A stretch of 64,000 nt of DNA. Origin: the human T2T-CHM13v2.0 reference genome, Homo sapiens. The translations under genes were made by a program, and so were the position numbers. The notes under the pieces are model-generated. The model was not told the DNA's origin. It did not search any database and saw nothing but the letters and a program-made list of their open reading frames with translations. Shown here piece after piece: positions 1-14,327 of the stretch (position 1 is its first letter; each line of letters begins with the position of its first letter). The DNA lies in the NCBI RefSeq assembly GCF_009914755.1, contig NC_060926.1; one strand, given 5' to 3'.

Positions 1-1439
1 ATCAATTCTGGCAATCTGGGGTCATGTTCCTATCGACTAGAGCAATAATGTTAGGGCACAGATGGATTTGCCCTTGTGTGCCCTTCTCAAGGTTCACCCA
101 GTCACCAGATCTCCTGGCACTGAGGATATGTCAATTGTCACTTATCTCTTTATTTTTTTACATTACTTGCCTTGAGAGAACTGAGCTAAATGTCATTCTT
201 GAGAATAGCACCTATGTCCTTTAATTAGCTGAACCCATGACCACAGATGATGTCTGATTCACCCCCAAGGAGGCAAAACAAATGTGTAGAGATATCTGAG
301 AAGTCGGGCTGGAGCTTTTTGGCTCTCGGGGACACTCTCTCATGTTCATGTCAATTAGGACAGATTTTGTTGAAAACATATTTTGCACACTCCTTAAGAC
401 CCAAATGGCAGATGAGCTTCACGTAACTGCCAAATTTTCTCTTTTTCAACTTACTTCTCCAGGGGAAAAGGTGGAAAAATAATTTGATACACTAGTTGTA
501 GGAAACTGGACTTTAACTCAGTGTTTGACAATCAGTCAATTCTCAGAAAACAAAGTGACAGAAGTAACATAGCATCAAGAAGCAAAAAAAGCATTTTTCC
601 CAGGCAATTGTTTTACAACTAAATTATTTATGTGTATTGAGGGGTTTAAGAATTATTAAATGTATTTTCTCCCTTGGCTCAGTTCTTTACATTTTTTCTA
701 TTTATAAGAAGTGAAACTCAGACGACAACCAGGCAGGCAAGCTCACAGACGGGTTTACTGACAACACCACAATGCTCCTCCCCTCTCTTGCTTTCTGGCC
801 TCAGACATAAGGAGCAGTCTCTTTGGGAATGAAGGGGGCATCATGGAATGAAAAATAGAATGCCCTCCAAGGATGAAATACAGCTAATTACATGTTGTTC
901 ACCTGCTTAGTTTCAGAGGGTGGACTTATGACTTGTGCCTGTTGAAGAAGAAAATTGCTTGATAGCAGTGGCCATGTTATCAGGATTCATAGGAGAGAGA
1001 TGATTATCTGTTAATTTTAGAGTAAAGAGGCCTTTTACTACCAGGCAAAAAAGCAAAAATCATGCATTTCTCATGCATAACAGAAGTTCTTTGTTTTGGT
1101 AGAATAATTACTATTTAGAGTATATTGGGTTGGATTTGTAAAATGACTGGCCTAGAGTTTATAGATAATCAGTCTCAGTATGGAGATTTCAGAACAGGAA
1201 TGTGCAGATGTGGTGGCACTGATAAGGAATAGAATACATTTGTACCTATGTGGTACACATACACACGCACACATACATACACAGAAGCATACTACGTAGG
1301 AGAAAAACAGGCTTTGAAAAATGAACACTTGTTTTTGATTCTGATTATCTTAAGTGGTTGTAATAACAGTCAATACTAACTGATTGCTTTCTAGTCTGTT
1401 CCTGGTAAATAGAAATAAATTTTAATTTGGGAAATATTT

Positions 1440-1806
1440 TCTTTAAAAAAATCAATAGATTTATGGGTACAAGTCATTTTTCATTATAAGGATGAATTAT
1501 GTAGCGGCAAAATCTGGGCTTTTAGTGTACCTATCTCCAGAATAGTGTACATTGTACCCACTAGGTAATTTTTCATCCCTCACCTCCCACCCATCCTTTC
1601 CCATTCTGAGTCTCCATTCGTTATACTACTCTATATGCCTTTGCATCCCCATAGCTCAGCTCCCATTTATAAATGAGAACATGTGGTATTTGATTTTCTG
1701 CTTCTGCATCACTTTATCTAGGATAATGCCCTCCAGGTCCACCCAAGTTTCTGCAAAAGACATTATTTTATTCTTTCTTATGGCTGAGTAGTATTCCATG
1801 GTGTGA

Positions 1807-1844
<38 letters not shown>

Positions 1845-3196
1845 CTCACATTTTCTTTATTCACTCATCAGTTCATGGGCACTTAGGTTAATTCCATATC
1901 TTTGCAATTGTGAATTGTGCTGTGATAAACATACACATGCAGGTATTTTTTGATATAAGGACTTTTTACCCCCCTTTGGGTAGATATCCAGTAGTGGGAT
2001 TGCTGGATTGAATAGTAGATCTACTTTTAGGTCTTTGAGAAATCTCCATACTATTTTCCTTAGAGGTCGTACTAATTTACTTTCTCATCAACAGTGTATA
2101 AGCATTCCCTTTGACTGCATCTGCCCCAAGACCTGTGGTTTTTTGACTTTTTAATAATGACCATTCTGGCTGGGGTAAGGTGGTGTCTCACTATAGTTTT
2201 AATTAGCATTTTCCAGATGATTAGTGACATTGAGCATTTTTTATATGTTTATTGCCCATTTGTATATCTTCTTTGAAAAATGTCTGTGTATGTCATTTGC
2301 CCACATTTTAAATGGGATTATTTGTTATTGGTTTATTTTCTCGCTGATCTGTCCTTGTAGATTCTGGATACTAGTCCTTTGGTGGCGGCATAATTTGCAA
2401 ATATTTTCTCCCATTCTATAGGTGGTCTTTTTATCTGTTGATTATTTCTTTTGCTGTGCGGAAGCTTTTTAGTTTAAGTCCCATTTATTTCTTTTCGTTT
2501 TTGTTACATTTTCTTTTGGGGTCTTAGTCATAAATTCTTTGCCTAGGCCAATGACCAGAAGAGTTTTTCATAGGTTTTCTCCTAGAATTTTTACAGTTTC
2601 AGGTCTTAAACTTAAGTCTTTAACACATCTTGAGTTAATTTTTGTAAACGGTGACAGATTCTTTTCCATGTGGCTATCCAGTTATTTTCCCAGCACTATT
2701 TGTTGAATAGAGTGTTCTTTCTCCAGGGTATGTTCTTGTATGCTTTGTTAAGGATCAACTGATTGTAGGTATTTGGCTCTATTTCTGGGTTCTTTATTCT
2801 GTTTCATTGGTCTATGTGTCTCCTTTATACTAGTATCAAGCTGTTTTGGTTACTATAGCCTTGTAATAATTTGACGTAATTAGGTGATACTGTGATGCTT
2901 CCAGATTTGTTCTTTTTGCTTAGCATTTCTTTGGCTATTTGGGTTTTTTCTTAGTACCATATTAATTTTAGGATTTTTGTTCTAATTCTGTGAAAACTGG
3001 CATTGGTGAGAGGAATTACATTGAATCTGTAGATTGCTTTGGGCAGTATGGCCATTATAACAGTATTGATTCTTCCAATCCATGAGCATGGGTTTTTTTT
3101 TTAATTTTTTTGTGTCATCTATAATTTCTTTCATCAATATTTTGTGGTTCTCATTGTAGAGATCTCTCACCTTCTTGGTTACATATATTCCTAAGT
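1440..3196 (-). mobile_element. 5'-truncated LINE-1 (L1PB-like, probably L1PB3/4): 3'UTR plus end of ORF2
   Basis: L1PB-type 3'UTR (ggatgaattatgtagcggc...tttagtgtacc...gtgtacattgtaccc). ORF 2982..3206(-) YLGIYVTKKVRDLYNENHKILMKEIIDDTKK matches decayed L1 ORF2p. Confidence 0.93.
1808..1842. repeat. (TG)n microsatellite, ~17 units, inside L1
   Basis: Uninterrupted tg run. Confidence 0.97.
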
Positions 3197-3302
3197 AAAA
3201 ACACATATAAGTATTTTTAAATTTTTATTTATTAACAGTTTTTTTCCTCTGATCATTATTAGGATCCATTTTATTATAACCAACTCTTAGAGTATCTTGG
3301 AA

Positions 3303-3545
3303 CAGTTGTTCTCGATCAGAGATTTTAGCTCCTTGGGGGACAGCTGGCAATGTCTAGGGACATTTGGCAACGTTCTGAGACATTTTTGGCTGCCGGACAT
3401 GGTGATGAAAAGGAAGAGATGCTACTGGTGTCTAGTGGGTAAAGACTAGGGTGCTGCTAAATATCCTATAGTGCGCAGGACAGCCTCCAGCAACAGAGAA
3501 TCATCTGACCTAAAATGTCAATAATTCCAAGGTTGACAAACCCTA
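3303..3545 (+). mobile_element. MER20 (hAT-Charlie) DNA transposon fossil
   Basis: cagttgttctc...gacatttggcaa...gctgctaaatatccta...aaaatgtcaata...aggttgacaaaccct follows the MER20 consensus end to end. Confidence 0.88.
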
Positions 3546-3549
3546 TGGG

Positions 3550-3830
3550 GAACAGTTAAAGGAATGGGATGTATAGCATGATGAAGTGAAGACAAAGGAA
3601 AGACCTAATGGCTGCTTTCAAGTTTTTAGAGGGCTTTTATATATAAGATGGGTTACACTTAGCTCTGCTTATTTTTGTAGGGCTCTTGGATCAACAGGTG
3701 GAAACTATAAATAGGCAGATATGGAGGAAAGCTTTCTAAAAGATATCTACAAAGCTGAAATGTACTGCCCTAAAAAAAGGTAAATTCTCATCTGTAGATA
3801 ACTAAAATGTAACTTAGTCACTAGAAAGGG
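3550..3830 (+). mobile_element. L3/CR1 LINE fragment
   Basis: gaacagttaaaggaatgggatgtatagc...gctgctttcaagtttttagagggc...ggtggaaactata..ggcagat resembles the CR1/L3 3' region. Confidence 0.65.
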
Positions 3831-5419
3831 ATGTCCTCTAATTATTATACAAAACTGATTTATTGAAAACATTTTAATCACAGATATTGTGATAGGAAAT
3901 TGGAGTCCACATTGGAAAGGTCATTTAAATAATTTAAGTGGCCACTTTCAGATGCAAAGCTTGAATAATTTCATTCTTTTGTCAACTTTGGAGAAAGCTT
4001 GGTTCCATATACAACATTATGAATGTATGTAAGTAGCACTTAAGGAAGATATCTAGACTTATTTTACTAACCCTTCCTTTTACTTCTATATGGTTTTAGA
4101 AATAGATGTAACATTTTCACTACTTTTCCTTACATAATTTTCTAGACCAGCAGTTTTCTAATTTAATTGATCATATGCCCAATAAAAAATAAAATGTAAA
4201 CCTTACCCATTATTTGCATGTTAATATAATTTATAATTTATTTTTCCCACAAATTAAAGTTTTAAAAGTTGACAAAATGAAAAATTTTATGCATTTTCCT
4301 ACATGGAATTGGACAAAGAGCTCTAACTCAATGCTTTTCATCTACCAGAGGTGAGAAGGCACAGTGTTTTATTTTTAAAATGTAAAAAAAGATAATTTTA
4401 AAATTTATTATAAAATCTAGATGAATGGTATTTTTTTCAGACCTATAAAATAAAAGCCCCAATTTTAAAAATTAGATTTAACAGACATGAAATTAGTGTC
4501 TAATATTCCTGTAAGAGTTTCCAAATCTTTACACCCAATTCCTATGTTTATCTCATCATGGAGTAGGACTGGTAAGTTTGCAGACTTGCCCCAGTCTATG
4601 AGATGTAAGTATCGTTGCTTGTGAGAAAACTAGGCCTATTGTGCGACCTGAACCTATTGATGTAAAATTTTGTAATCTTAAATTGGCATCTTGAATTTTC
4701 AATCCAGGGCTTATGTGAGATGTCTTTAATAATTCAGAACCTTTCCTACCTAAAATTAGGATGCTCTGTTGATTGGAGGTAGAAGTCTGAGCTTCCCTTT
4801 GCAAGCTTTTACGCTAATTATCACATGACAGCAAGCCATTCACTTATCACCTCTATATGCTAGTTTTCTCATTTGCCAAATGTGTCTAAAAGGACCCTCT
4901 ATTTTTCCCTGACATGGCTTTTATACCTAGAGAAATAAATGTGTAGGAAAGCACTTTAATAAGATAGTTGCGATAAATAAATGACTCCTAGGAATCCCAC
5001 ACCAAGGAATTCATTTACGTTCAGGTGGGTGAACAGGTGAGTGAAATGTATTTTCTAGCTCTAAACCTAAGCATCTTTTGAGCCACTTCTGAGTTTTGCA
5101 AAATGCAATGTCCATCCAAGCTACTAATTAGTTGAAAACTGAGCCACATTTGGTTACCTGGACATTCCTTTTCATTACTAATATACCTTGGTTGAGGTAA
5201 AATGCCAAATTATATGCCAGAAACCTGCAAGAATGACAGTAACTCTGGTGGCTAAATTAGTGCAAGAGAGAAGTTTAGCTGTGAAAGTAATCTCTATTAT
5301 TTTGTGCTTCCTTATACTCAAATCATGTTTAAGTGTCTAATGGCAGAGGAGTCGTGGTACAAATATGTCTGTTCTCATTTCTTTGGGGTATTGTATACAT
5401 TGACTTAACACCCCATTCC

Positions 5420-5560
5420 CAAGTTCCTCGTTTGTAAAATGGTGATAATAATAGTACCTGCTTCATAGGGTTGTTGTTAAGGGAACTAATTAGATAATTC
5501 AGTCAGGAACTTAAAAGTGTTTGGTGCACGGTAAAGGCTTAATACATGACAGGTATTATT
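5420..5560 (+). mobile_element. MIR SINE
   Basis: MIR core ttcctcgtttgtaaaatggtgataataatagtacctgcttcatagggttgttg. Confidence 0.85.
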
Positions 5561-6153
5561 AGTATGAATAATGTTTGTTTTAACAGAAGTACCTAATCAG
5601 AGGAAATTATGCTTCTTAACAAGTGGTACAATCGCTTGGTAAACAGATTGGTCTAACACTAGAAGGATGTTAAACCTGACCTTCTTATTGGACCCTCACC
5701 AGTCAAAGGACCTCAGAGTTTTTCGTCTTATTCTGCTTCTTAGTACAGGGAACATCATCTTTCAGATAGAAACAAAGCAGTCGTCTATTATTAAGGACTA
5801 CAAACTTGTTGAGCTTTTGCTTTGCAGCCTCTATGGATCACGGATTATAATTAAGAACCAAGGTTTAATGCCTCCTTTTAATCATGCAAACATATATGAC
5901 AGTAAATATTAAATAAGAAAAAAAATGATACTATAAAGGACTTCATGCCTTCCACAAACCTAGAAGGTAAACAAGTGTCTACTTGTTGGAAAAAACAATT
6001 GTAATTTCCCAAGAATATATCTGATGGAGAACCAAGTTTAGATGGCCATATCGGGGAGATTACTTCCAGTAAATAGATCTCATTTGCTATGAATCATGGA
6101 CATTTAACAACATATGCAAAATGTTAAGACTTAGAATTGTATTTCCCAAGGTC

Positions 6154-6189
6154 TTAATTTAATTTAATTTAATTTAATTTAATTTAATT
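6154..6189. repeat. (AATTT)n pentanucleotide repeat, ~7 units
   Basis: ttaatttaatttaattt... read directly. Confidence 0.95.
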
Positions 6190-6470
6190 ACTTCAGTCAT
6201 GTAATAGTCTTTAGAAATAAAGGCAACAGACTTTGATTAATCTGGTGATCCAATCCTCCTCCTCCTCCTCCCAAAAGTCTGTCAGACATGAATCTGGGCC
6301 AGAATTTTCATCTGGGAACACCTTGAAACCTAAGTGGCTGAGTGTGAGCTTCATGTAATCCCTCCAATAAGGAAACTCTAACTTTTAAAGGGTCTCTTGA
6401 CATGCGTGGTAATTACAGGAGTACAGTTCCTGGTACTGGTAGGTGGTGGCTGAAAAAGGAATATTTAGAG

Positions 6471-6689
6471 CAGGGGTCAGCTAGCTTTCTGGAAAGGGCC
6501 TATTGTGATCATTTTAGGCGTTATGAGACGGACAGTCTGTCACAACTGCTCAACTTTGCCATTGTAATGTGAAAGCAACTATAGACAATAGGTAAATGAA
6601 TGAGAATGGCTGTGTTCCAAGAAAACTGTATTTACAAAAAGAGGCAGCAGGCTAGCTTTAATCCAAGGGCCATAGCTTGCTGACCCTTC
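6471..6689 (+). mobile_element. MER58A (hAT-Charlie)
   Basis: caggggtcagc...caactgctcaactttgccattgtaatgtgaaagca...ggctgtgttcca...gctgaccc. 8-bp TSD atttagag (6463-6470) / atctagag (6690-6697). Confidence 0.88.
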
Positions 6690-6697
6690 ATCTAGAG

Positions 6698-7070
6698 AAA
6701 TGGTTGCTAATGTAACAGGGAGCTACTGGCCAAATTAAGCTAGAAGGTGTATTATTTTTTGATTCCACAGTGTCAATCTCCATGATGTTCATATTTTCTA
6801 CTAGTTGCCAACATTTAAAAATCAGGAGATTTTTTACATACAAATATGCAATCTGATATCTGAAAAACATGCAAAGATCTGGTAACACCCATCTGTCTTC
6901 CTCCACAGCAACAATAGTTGTGCCCGCTTCAGAACAAGAACTTGCTTTCTTGTTCTCCACAATACTCACCATTCCCTGGTGCCTTCCAGAAATTCAGGCC
7001 CACTTCCTTCATTTACACTACCTGTCTTGCCCTGGCTCTGCTCCTGGAAGAACTTGATTTTGTGAACACT
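6698..7070 (+). mobile_element. MER102-like hAT-Charlie fossil
   Basis: tagttgccaacatttaaaaatcaggagattt...gaaaaa...agatctggtaacac...gcaacaat matches the recalled MER102 core; 3' boundary approximate. Confidence 0.65.
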
Positions 7071-7448
7071 TTTTAGTAGATCTTATCTTTCTTCCTCTTT
7101 CACTCCTTGTTCCTGAAAGCTATCTCATTTTGGCTCACTGAGGCTGAGGACCAGGCATGCTTTTGCAAACTGATATATGGCTGTACAATAGTATTAGTGT
7201 CTCTGAGAGAGTAGCATAGCTGAGCTCTAGAAGTAGTGAACATTTTGTACCTTTTGTTCATTTCCTACAGCCATCCTAAAATGATATATCAGTTTTCAAG
7301 TCTGTTTCCCTCTCCCTTCTTTCTTTCATTCCCATCTAGTACACCAGAAAAAGTGTACATGTTTCTATTCTTATCCTTCAGCATTTTATATCTTTTAATC
7401 AGATGATTTGCAGTCTCTTTTTGTCCATCTAGAGTCATGTTGTTGTTT

Positions 7449-7467
7449 TATATATATATATATATAT
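7449..7467. repeat. (TA)n microsatellite
   Basis: tatatatatatatatatat. Confidence 0.9.
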
Positions 7468-7564
7468 TTACATATGTATATATTTAATAAAAGTAGATTA
7501 TTTATTGTGCATCAAAGATGATCAGGTCTGCACTGAATGTGAGATTTTAATTACATGATTCAAT

Positions 7565-7670
7565 GTATTTAATTCAACTCATTCAATCCTACTATGTACC
7601 AGGCACTGTGTTGGGCATTGAAATGTAAAGTCAGAGTTCCTGTCTTGGAAGAGGGGTGCAAGTAAACAGA
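7565..7670 (-). mobile_element. L2 3' end fragment
   Basis: cattcaatcctactatgtaccaggcactgtgttgggcattg is the reverse complement of the L2 tail. Confidence 0.65.
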
Positions 7671-8804
7671 GACTTTGAAATGGAGAATCTTATCTACAGA
7701 ATATTTTGAATTTACAAATAAGTCCATATATGAACTAAGGAGAATGGTGGAAGACACAACTCTTTACCAAAAACTTATTTTAAATGAGTGGTGAGTTGGT
7801 TTCAGTTCAGAAAACAAAGTATTGGGATAAATAGGAAATTCTGTGATTTGATAAATTGAGTCATGGATGTTTTATTTAACATCTGAAAAAGTACTCTGTG
7901 CTGAAGAATGAATAGTGAGACTTCAGTCTTTTAAAGACCTGTGCAGGGCTGTACAGTGTAGCTTGGTGCCAAGCAGACAAAAACTAATGAAGAGAAAACC
8001 TTGCAAGGATTTGTAAGGCAATAAATGAACTTCATCATGGGTAAATGTGAAGTAGCTGCTTGAAGGAAAAAGAATACAAATTATTATGAGATGATGTTCT
8101 TTGGGCTGTCAGTTATGCTGTATAAAAAGAGTCATTGAAGAATGTTCACTAATGACATTAGTCCATTATGAGTTAGAAATAAAGTACCACCAAAGTATTG
8201 GGAACCACCAAGAAATATATAGAAAACCAAACATTGGTTTTTTAATTTTTTTAATTTAAAGTATGCTCACTTATGTGTGGAATTCTGAATGCGCTTGTGG
8301 TCAATACATTTAAAGCAAGATTTGTGATACTGATTTATAACACGTACCTATGATAATCCAGACATGTAGCAGATGTTCCACAAAGAGCAGTTAAAGAGGT
8401 ATATGTGGGCATGTACCCGATACATAGTGTGTGTGCATTAGAGAGCTGTTGAATAAGTGAATATGGGCAGAATGGGACTGAAAACAGTGTCTAGTGTCTT
8501 AAAATTAATAATAGTAATAATACTTGGCTCATTGGCTGTTCGGCGAAAAAGGAATATGATTGAAATATGTAAACAAACCTCTGATGCATATGGAACAGGA
8601 AATAGCCTTTGTCCTAGTCTATAGCACATGAATGGGAGGGAGAAGGGGAGCAGTTTCCAAGAAAGGAATGCAAACCTGAGAAATTGCTGTAGGACAGCTA
8701 TCATTGTTTTGATACCAAATAATAAACATGGAACTCATTCTGTGATAATGTACATACTTATAATTCAAAGGCAGAAAGTTTTTGTTAAACAAAATAATGG
8801 GTCT

Positions 8805-9133
<329 letters not shown>

Positions 9134-10529
9134 TTAAAAATGCTTTACTCATTTGTTTTGCAGAATAGTTTGTAAGTGTACGTGTGTGTTGTTTGTGGGT
9201 GTTTTCCCAAGTCCTTTAAATCAGGCAAAGAATGTGTATATAAATTCTACTCTTATTTTCATCCACTGTCAAACTAACTTCTGTGAAATATTCTAGGAAA
9301 CTTTGATCAGAATATTTGTTTTTGGAAGTTAAGTGACATCATTCATCCTTTTGAGCCAAATATAATCAGCATCCCTGTGCCAGGAAGGAAAAAAAATACC
9401 TTTACTCTTACATTGACTATTCCAAGAATTACTTTTCTGATAACTCCATACAGGGTTTCTCCGAACCTCTCTGTTCATTTGCATTCCTAACAATTTGGGA
9501 TTTTATTTAGTGGTCAAGTTGTATTCACCCTGGAGCCTGGAATGAGGACATCCAGCCTGACAACCTGTTAAACAACTTGTGAATGGAATAATGAATGAAA
9601 AGGTCAGACAGTCCATTTAAGGAATAACATTTTTTCAGATTTCAAATGCCATTATATTGTGACAAAATCCATATGTGTTTCAGTAGAACAAGAATGGAAG
9701 CAAGGTTTTAACCTTTAGTTTTAATAAATATTTTTTATTAAAAAATTGAAACATTTTGATTCCTTAACCAGTGAACTGAAAACAATAATTGGAAAACAAA
9801 ACAAACAACAATAACAACAACAGAATCACAAAAAAGTCCAGCCAGGGCACTTTCTAGTTTCACAGATTTGGATGAAGCAATTTAAACATACATCAGCCAA
9901 GGTACATTCAATCACTCTCTATTACTTACAGCAGTGGTTTTGAGTATTGTTTTAATGGTGTTTTATCTTGAGCTTCATGATGGTATTTTGCAAAGCAAGT
10001 TAAGCTTTAGGAGTCTAGCTTTTGATTTCACCATATTTTTTTTTTGCATTTGTGTGACATTATTCATGTTGAATTTGGTTCCATTCTTTTTCCAGCTCCT
10101 AATTACACCCTCAGACTCTGTAAAGATGCATTTGTTCCTAAGTGCAATCAAGAAGCATATTAGAAATCAGCTGTACATAGTTATGCTCTTATAAATGGAA
10201 AGTCTATTACATTTGTGTTAGAAACAGAATGTTCATACTGGAATTCAATTGCAGTTGATAGACACATATCAATTGCTTAGGACATGCTAAGTGCTGCACT
10301 AGATAGTGTGGGGAATATGGCCATAAATAAAATACCATCCTTGTCCCAGAAAGCTCAGGTTCCAAAGGCAATATCACATAGTGACTAATAGTTCAGGCTC
10401 TGCAATTAGGGCTTGTGTTCAAATCTTGTTTTGTTTCACTATTCACAAACCCTGTGACTTCTTTGAGATATAGTATTCTCCAGTAAATAGAAACCATAAT
10501 AACCATGGAAACACATTTGTAATACTATA

Positions 10530-11000
10530 TAATTCTGATTATATAAGTAGTACATGTTCATTATTAAAAATTCAATAATGAGAAAAAAATAAATAAAATG
10601 AGAGAAGGCTCACTGCGATTTCATCTCCAATACTGATGTAACCACCCTGAAGAATTTAGTTCTTACATTTCCAGAAAATTTTCTTATGTATATACTTACA
10701 TTCTATTAATTTTTGGGTACATTTTGTCTGTACTATTTTGGAATCAGTTTTTTCATGAGCTTTTTTATTTTGAAATGATTTTAGACTGGTAAAATAATGC
10801 AGAGAGATCCTATTTACCCTTTGTCCAACTTCCTCTAATGTTAACATTTTATATATGACCTTACACCAATGCTGAGAAGTTAACAGTTGTACATTACTAC
10901 TATTCAATAAATTTCATACTTTATTTGTATTCCATCAGCTCATCTACTAATGTCCTTTTTCAGATCCCGGATCCCACATTGTGTGTAGTGCTTGTTTAGT
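10530..11000 (-). mobile_element. Old L1M (L1MC/MD/ME-type) 3' fragments
   Basis: ttattttgaaatgattttagact...tcctctaatgttaacatttta...ggatcccacattg typical of L1M 3'UTRs. Confidence 0.55.
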
Positions 11001-11083
11001 TTTATGTAACAAGGCATTTTGGATATCTTTTCATATCTGCACATGTAGCTCTGACATATTGCTTTTAAAAAGTGCAAAACTTG

Positions 11084-11379
11084 GGCCGAGCGTGGTGGCT
11101 CATGCCTGTAATCCCAGCACTTTGGGAGGTCGAGGCGGGTGGATCAGGAGGTCAGGAGTTCCAGACCAGCGTGACCTTTACCAAACCCCGTCTCTACTAA
11201 AAATACAAAAATTAGCCGGGCGTGGTGGTGCACACCTGTAATCCCAGCTACTCAGGAGGCTGAGTCAGGAGAATCGCTTGAACCCAGGAGGCAGAGGTTG
11301 CAGTGAGCTGAGGTCACACCACTGCACTCCAGCCTGGGCGACAGAGCAATACTCTGTCTCAAAAAAAAAAAAAAAAAAA
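11084..11379 (+). mobile_element. AluS SINE
   Basis: Full dimer with poly(A); degenerate TSD aaaaagtgcaaaactt / aaaaagtgcacaattt. Confidence 0.96.
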
Positions 11380-11412
11380 GTGCACAATTTTAATCAATTA
11401 AGTCTGTATAGT

Positions 11413-11782
11413 TGTAGTAGTCCATTCTCATGCTGCTATAAAGAACTGCTGAAGACTGGGTAGTTATAAAGCAAAGAGGTTTAATTGACTCACAGTTCTG
11501 CAGGGCTGGGGAGGCCTCAGAAAACTTATAATCATGGCAGAAAGGGAAGCAGAAATGTCCTTCTTCACATGGTGGCAAGAAGAAGTGCCAAGCAAAAGGG
11601 GAAAAGCCCCTTATAAAACCATCAGTCCTCATGAGAACTCATTTACTATCACGAGAATGGCATGGAGATAACTGCCCCCATGATTCAATTACCTCCCACT
11701 GGGTCTTTCCCATGACACATGGGGATTATGGGAACTACAGTTCAAGGTGAGATTTCAGTGGGGACACCGCCAAACCATATCA
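11413..11782 (-). mobile_element. THE1 (probably THE1C) solo LTR, ERVL-MaLR
   Basis: tgtagtagtcc...gaggtttaattgactcacagttc...cccccatgattcaattacctccc...caaaccatatca. TG..CA ends, perfect 5-bp TSD ATAGT (11408-11412, 11783-11787). Confidence 0.94.
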
Positions 11783-12967
11783 ATAGTATAATTTATGTAA
11801 ACCTCTTTTGACTATTGATGTTTTTCATATGAATCCTAAAAGAAACTTATCTCCATGCATTGTATGATTTAATCTTCACTATGACCTGTGTCTCTTAGAC
11901 GCCAAACTAAGGCTCTTTCATCTACCCTAGAGTGGTTCCCTGTATAACAGACACAAATGTGTTACTTTTGATATATTTTTTCTGTGACCATTGACCTCCT
12001 CCAATTTTAGTTGTGCTAATTTTCATTGTATAGAAGTTCTTACTTTGTGAATGATTAAATTTGTAGATCTTTTTATTTCTGATGACTTGTATTGTTTTAA
12101 AGCTAAGGAAATTATTTGAATATCCCAGTTTCAATGGCTAAAGCAAGTATTTGGAATCCTATACCTTATTTGCAATTTTCGAGTTTCCGAATAAAAATAG
12201 CAGTGATCCTCTTTTGATGAGTGAATTAGTTTTTGGATAATGGTTAAAAAAATGAGCCAACAGAAGATGGTTTTACCTCCTATGGATACAGCGCAGGATT
12301 ATAAATTGAGATTCTGTTCTTGAAGCCTACTCATTTCATAAATTCATAAATTTACCAAAACTGATTATATTTTTTTGTTTGGTTATATTTATTTTTGTTT
12401 TTTTTCCCACCTGGCCTGGTTAATAGGGTATATGTCTGTTCACTAGCACTTCTATTTGGGTAGGGAAAATTCCCTAAGTCCCTCAACTTTACTACGGTCT
12501 TTTGGGGATCATTATAGGACAGATGCCATCAATTTTATAAAATACATTAAAACCCTAAGAGAAAAAAAACCTTCTCTCCATAAGCTGTAACTCTGTGTCT
12601 AACATCCATTGTGAAGTTCAGGCTAGGCAAAGAGTTAAAATCAATGCTATTTCCTACTTGGACAAACAAAATGAACAGGAGCCTGAGATAGCCACCTCTG
12701 AGTTCAGCTTGTTGTTATTCAGTTTCCATTCTAATACAGTTTCTTCCTTGCTCAATATCAGTTTATAAAAGCATGTTACATGTCCACTGACCCCAGATAA
12801 CTAAATAAATCCCACTTTATAGTCATAGAACTAAGTCCCAGGTTGTATTTGTACAAATGCCTGCCAAAGATGGATACAAGGAATTCAGAATAAATCAACC
12901 ATTAAATTCACATTTCTTAGTGGAATAAAAGTAGGAATGAGGAATCCAATTCACCATCACTCTCTCA

Positions 12968-13021
12968 TACACACGTGCATGCACATACACATATACACAC
13001 GTGTGCCCACACACACACACA
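12968..13021. repeat. Imperfect (CA)n purine-pyrimidine tract
   Basis: tacacacgtgcatgcacatacacatatacacacgtgtgcccacacacacacaca. Confidence 0.8.
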
Positions 13022-14327
13022 GCATGGTACATTATTAGTTTTCTTTGTTGGATGCATGTTTTGGTTTTGGATTTCTTTGAAGGGCATTTATGCAGAGTTG
13101 GTTATAAGGTTTGGAGTCCTGGACCCCAGAGAACTGCATTTACTTCTGTCTTTGCATGTACCTTTGTAACATGTACCTGGTGATTTTATGCTGGTCAGAT
13201 TTCCCATTTGAATGAGGTGACAGCATTCAGCAAGTTATAAGTCTCTGAGATGGACATTTCTGCAGGTCTTTTTCATACATTTCCCGTAGAAATCTTTTAA
13301 ATCATGTTCACAATGAGGCTTAAAATTACTGCTTTCTTAAGGAAAAGGGATATAATCCAGGGGGTTTATAAGCAGCATTTGATGAAAGTCTTTGAAAAGA
13401 AAGTAAAAATCAGTTCATTTTAATGATTGGCAATCAAAAAAAGATAAACCATCATTAAATTCTAAGATCTGGTATACTGAGACTGAGAAAAAAATAAAAA
13501 CACAAGCTACCTTATAAATGCACTGCTGATAATGTATTCTAGGTTCTTTCTTTTTCAGTAGATCATCCTGAACATATTAGCCTCAGGTTGCTGGAAATCA
13601 AAATAATGGCATGGTGATTGTTAAGAGTCCATGTTATATAAGGGTGTTCTGATATTGAAATTAATACTTCACTTCTTGTTTCTGAAAAGTGAATGTTGGT
13701 AGGTTGGTTTTTGAATGTGTTTTGAATATTTTAATAGAACTGGGTTCTATCTAGGAGGAAATAAAACTATCTCTGTGGCAGACACCACAGTTCTTCTTCT
13801 TGGTTGTAAACTTACTTCCTAGTAGCATCAGTTCAAGATGTATTCTCATGGAAATGAATTTTATTTTAATGTTCAGACATGCTGATTGTGGAAAGACAGT
13901 GTGAGAATTCAACCTAGAGCCTTGCTCTGGCAGTGAAATAGGATATAAAATATAAGAGGAGACTCATGGTGAGGTCACACGGGTCCTGAAATCTTCCGAG
14001 AAGTGAATCATAACTCATTCCAAGTGACAGGAAACAGGTCCGAGGGGATGGAAAAGGGATATGAATCAGACCTGAGTTAAAGTTAACCTTTACAATACCT
14101 GTCAAAAATTACTAAGCAAAACAGTTATATGAATATCAATACATGAAATGCTTTCTCCTTATTTGAGTGAACCAGCTGCTCTCAGACTCTTGAACAGTAA
14201 CCATATCTAGAGATGTAAATTAGAATGTCAATTACAAATCATTCTTATATTTTCATCACATTAGACCGTGGATAAATTGTGTAAATTATTTGAAAGTAAT
14301 TAAATTTCTAATCTAAAAATTTAGATT

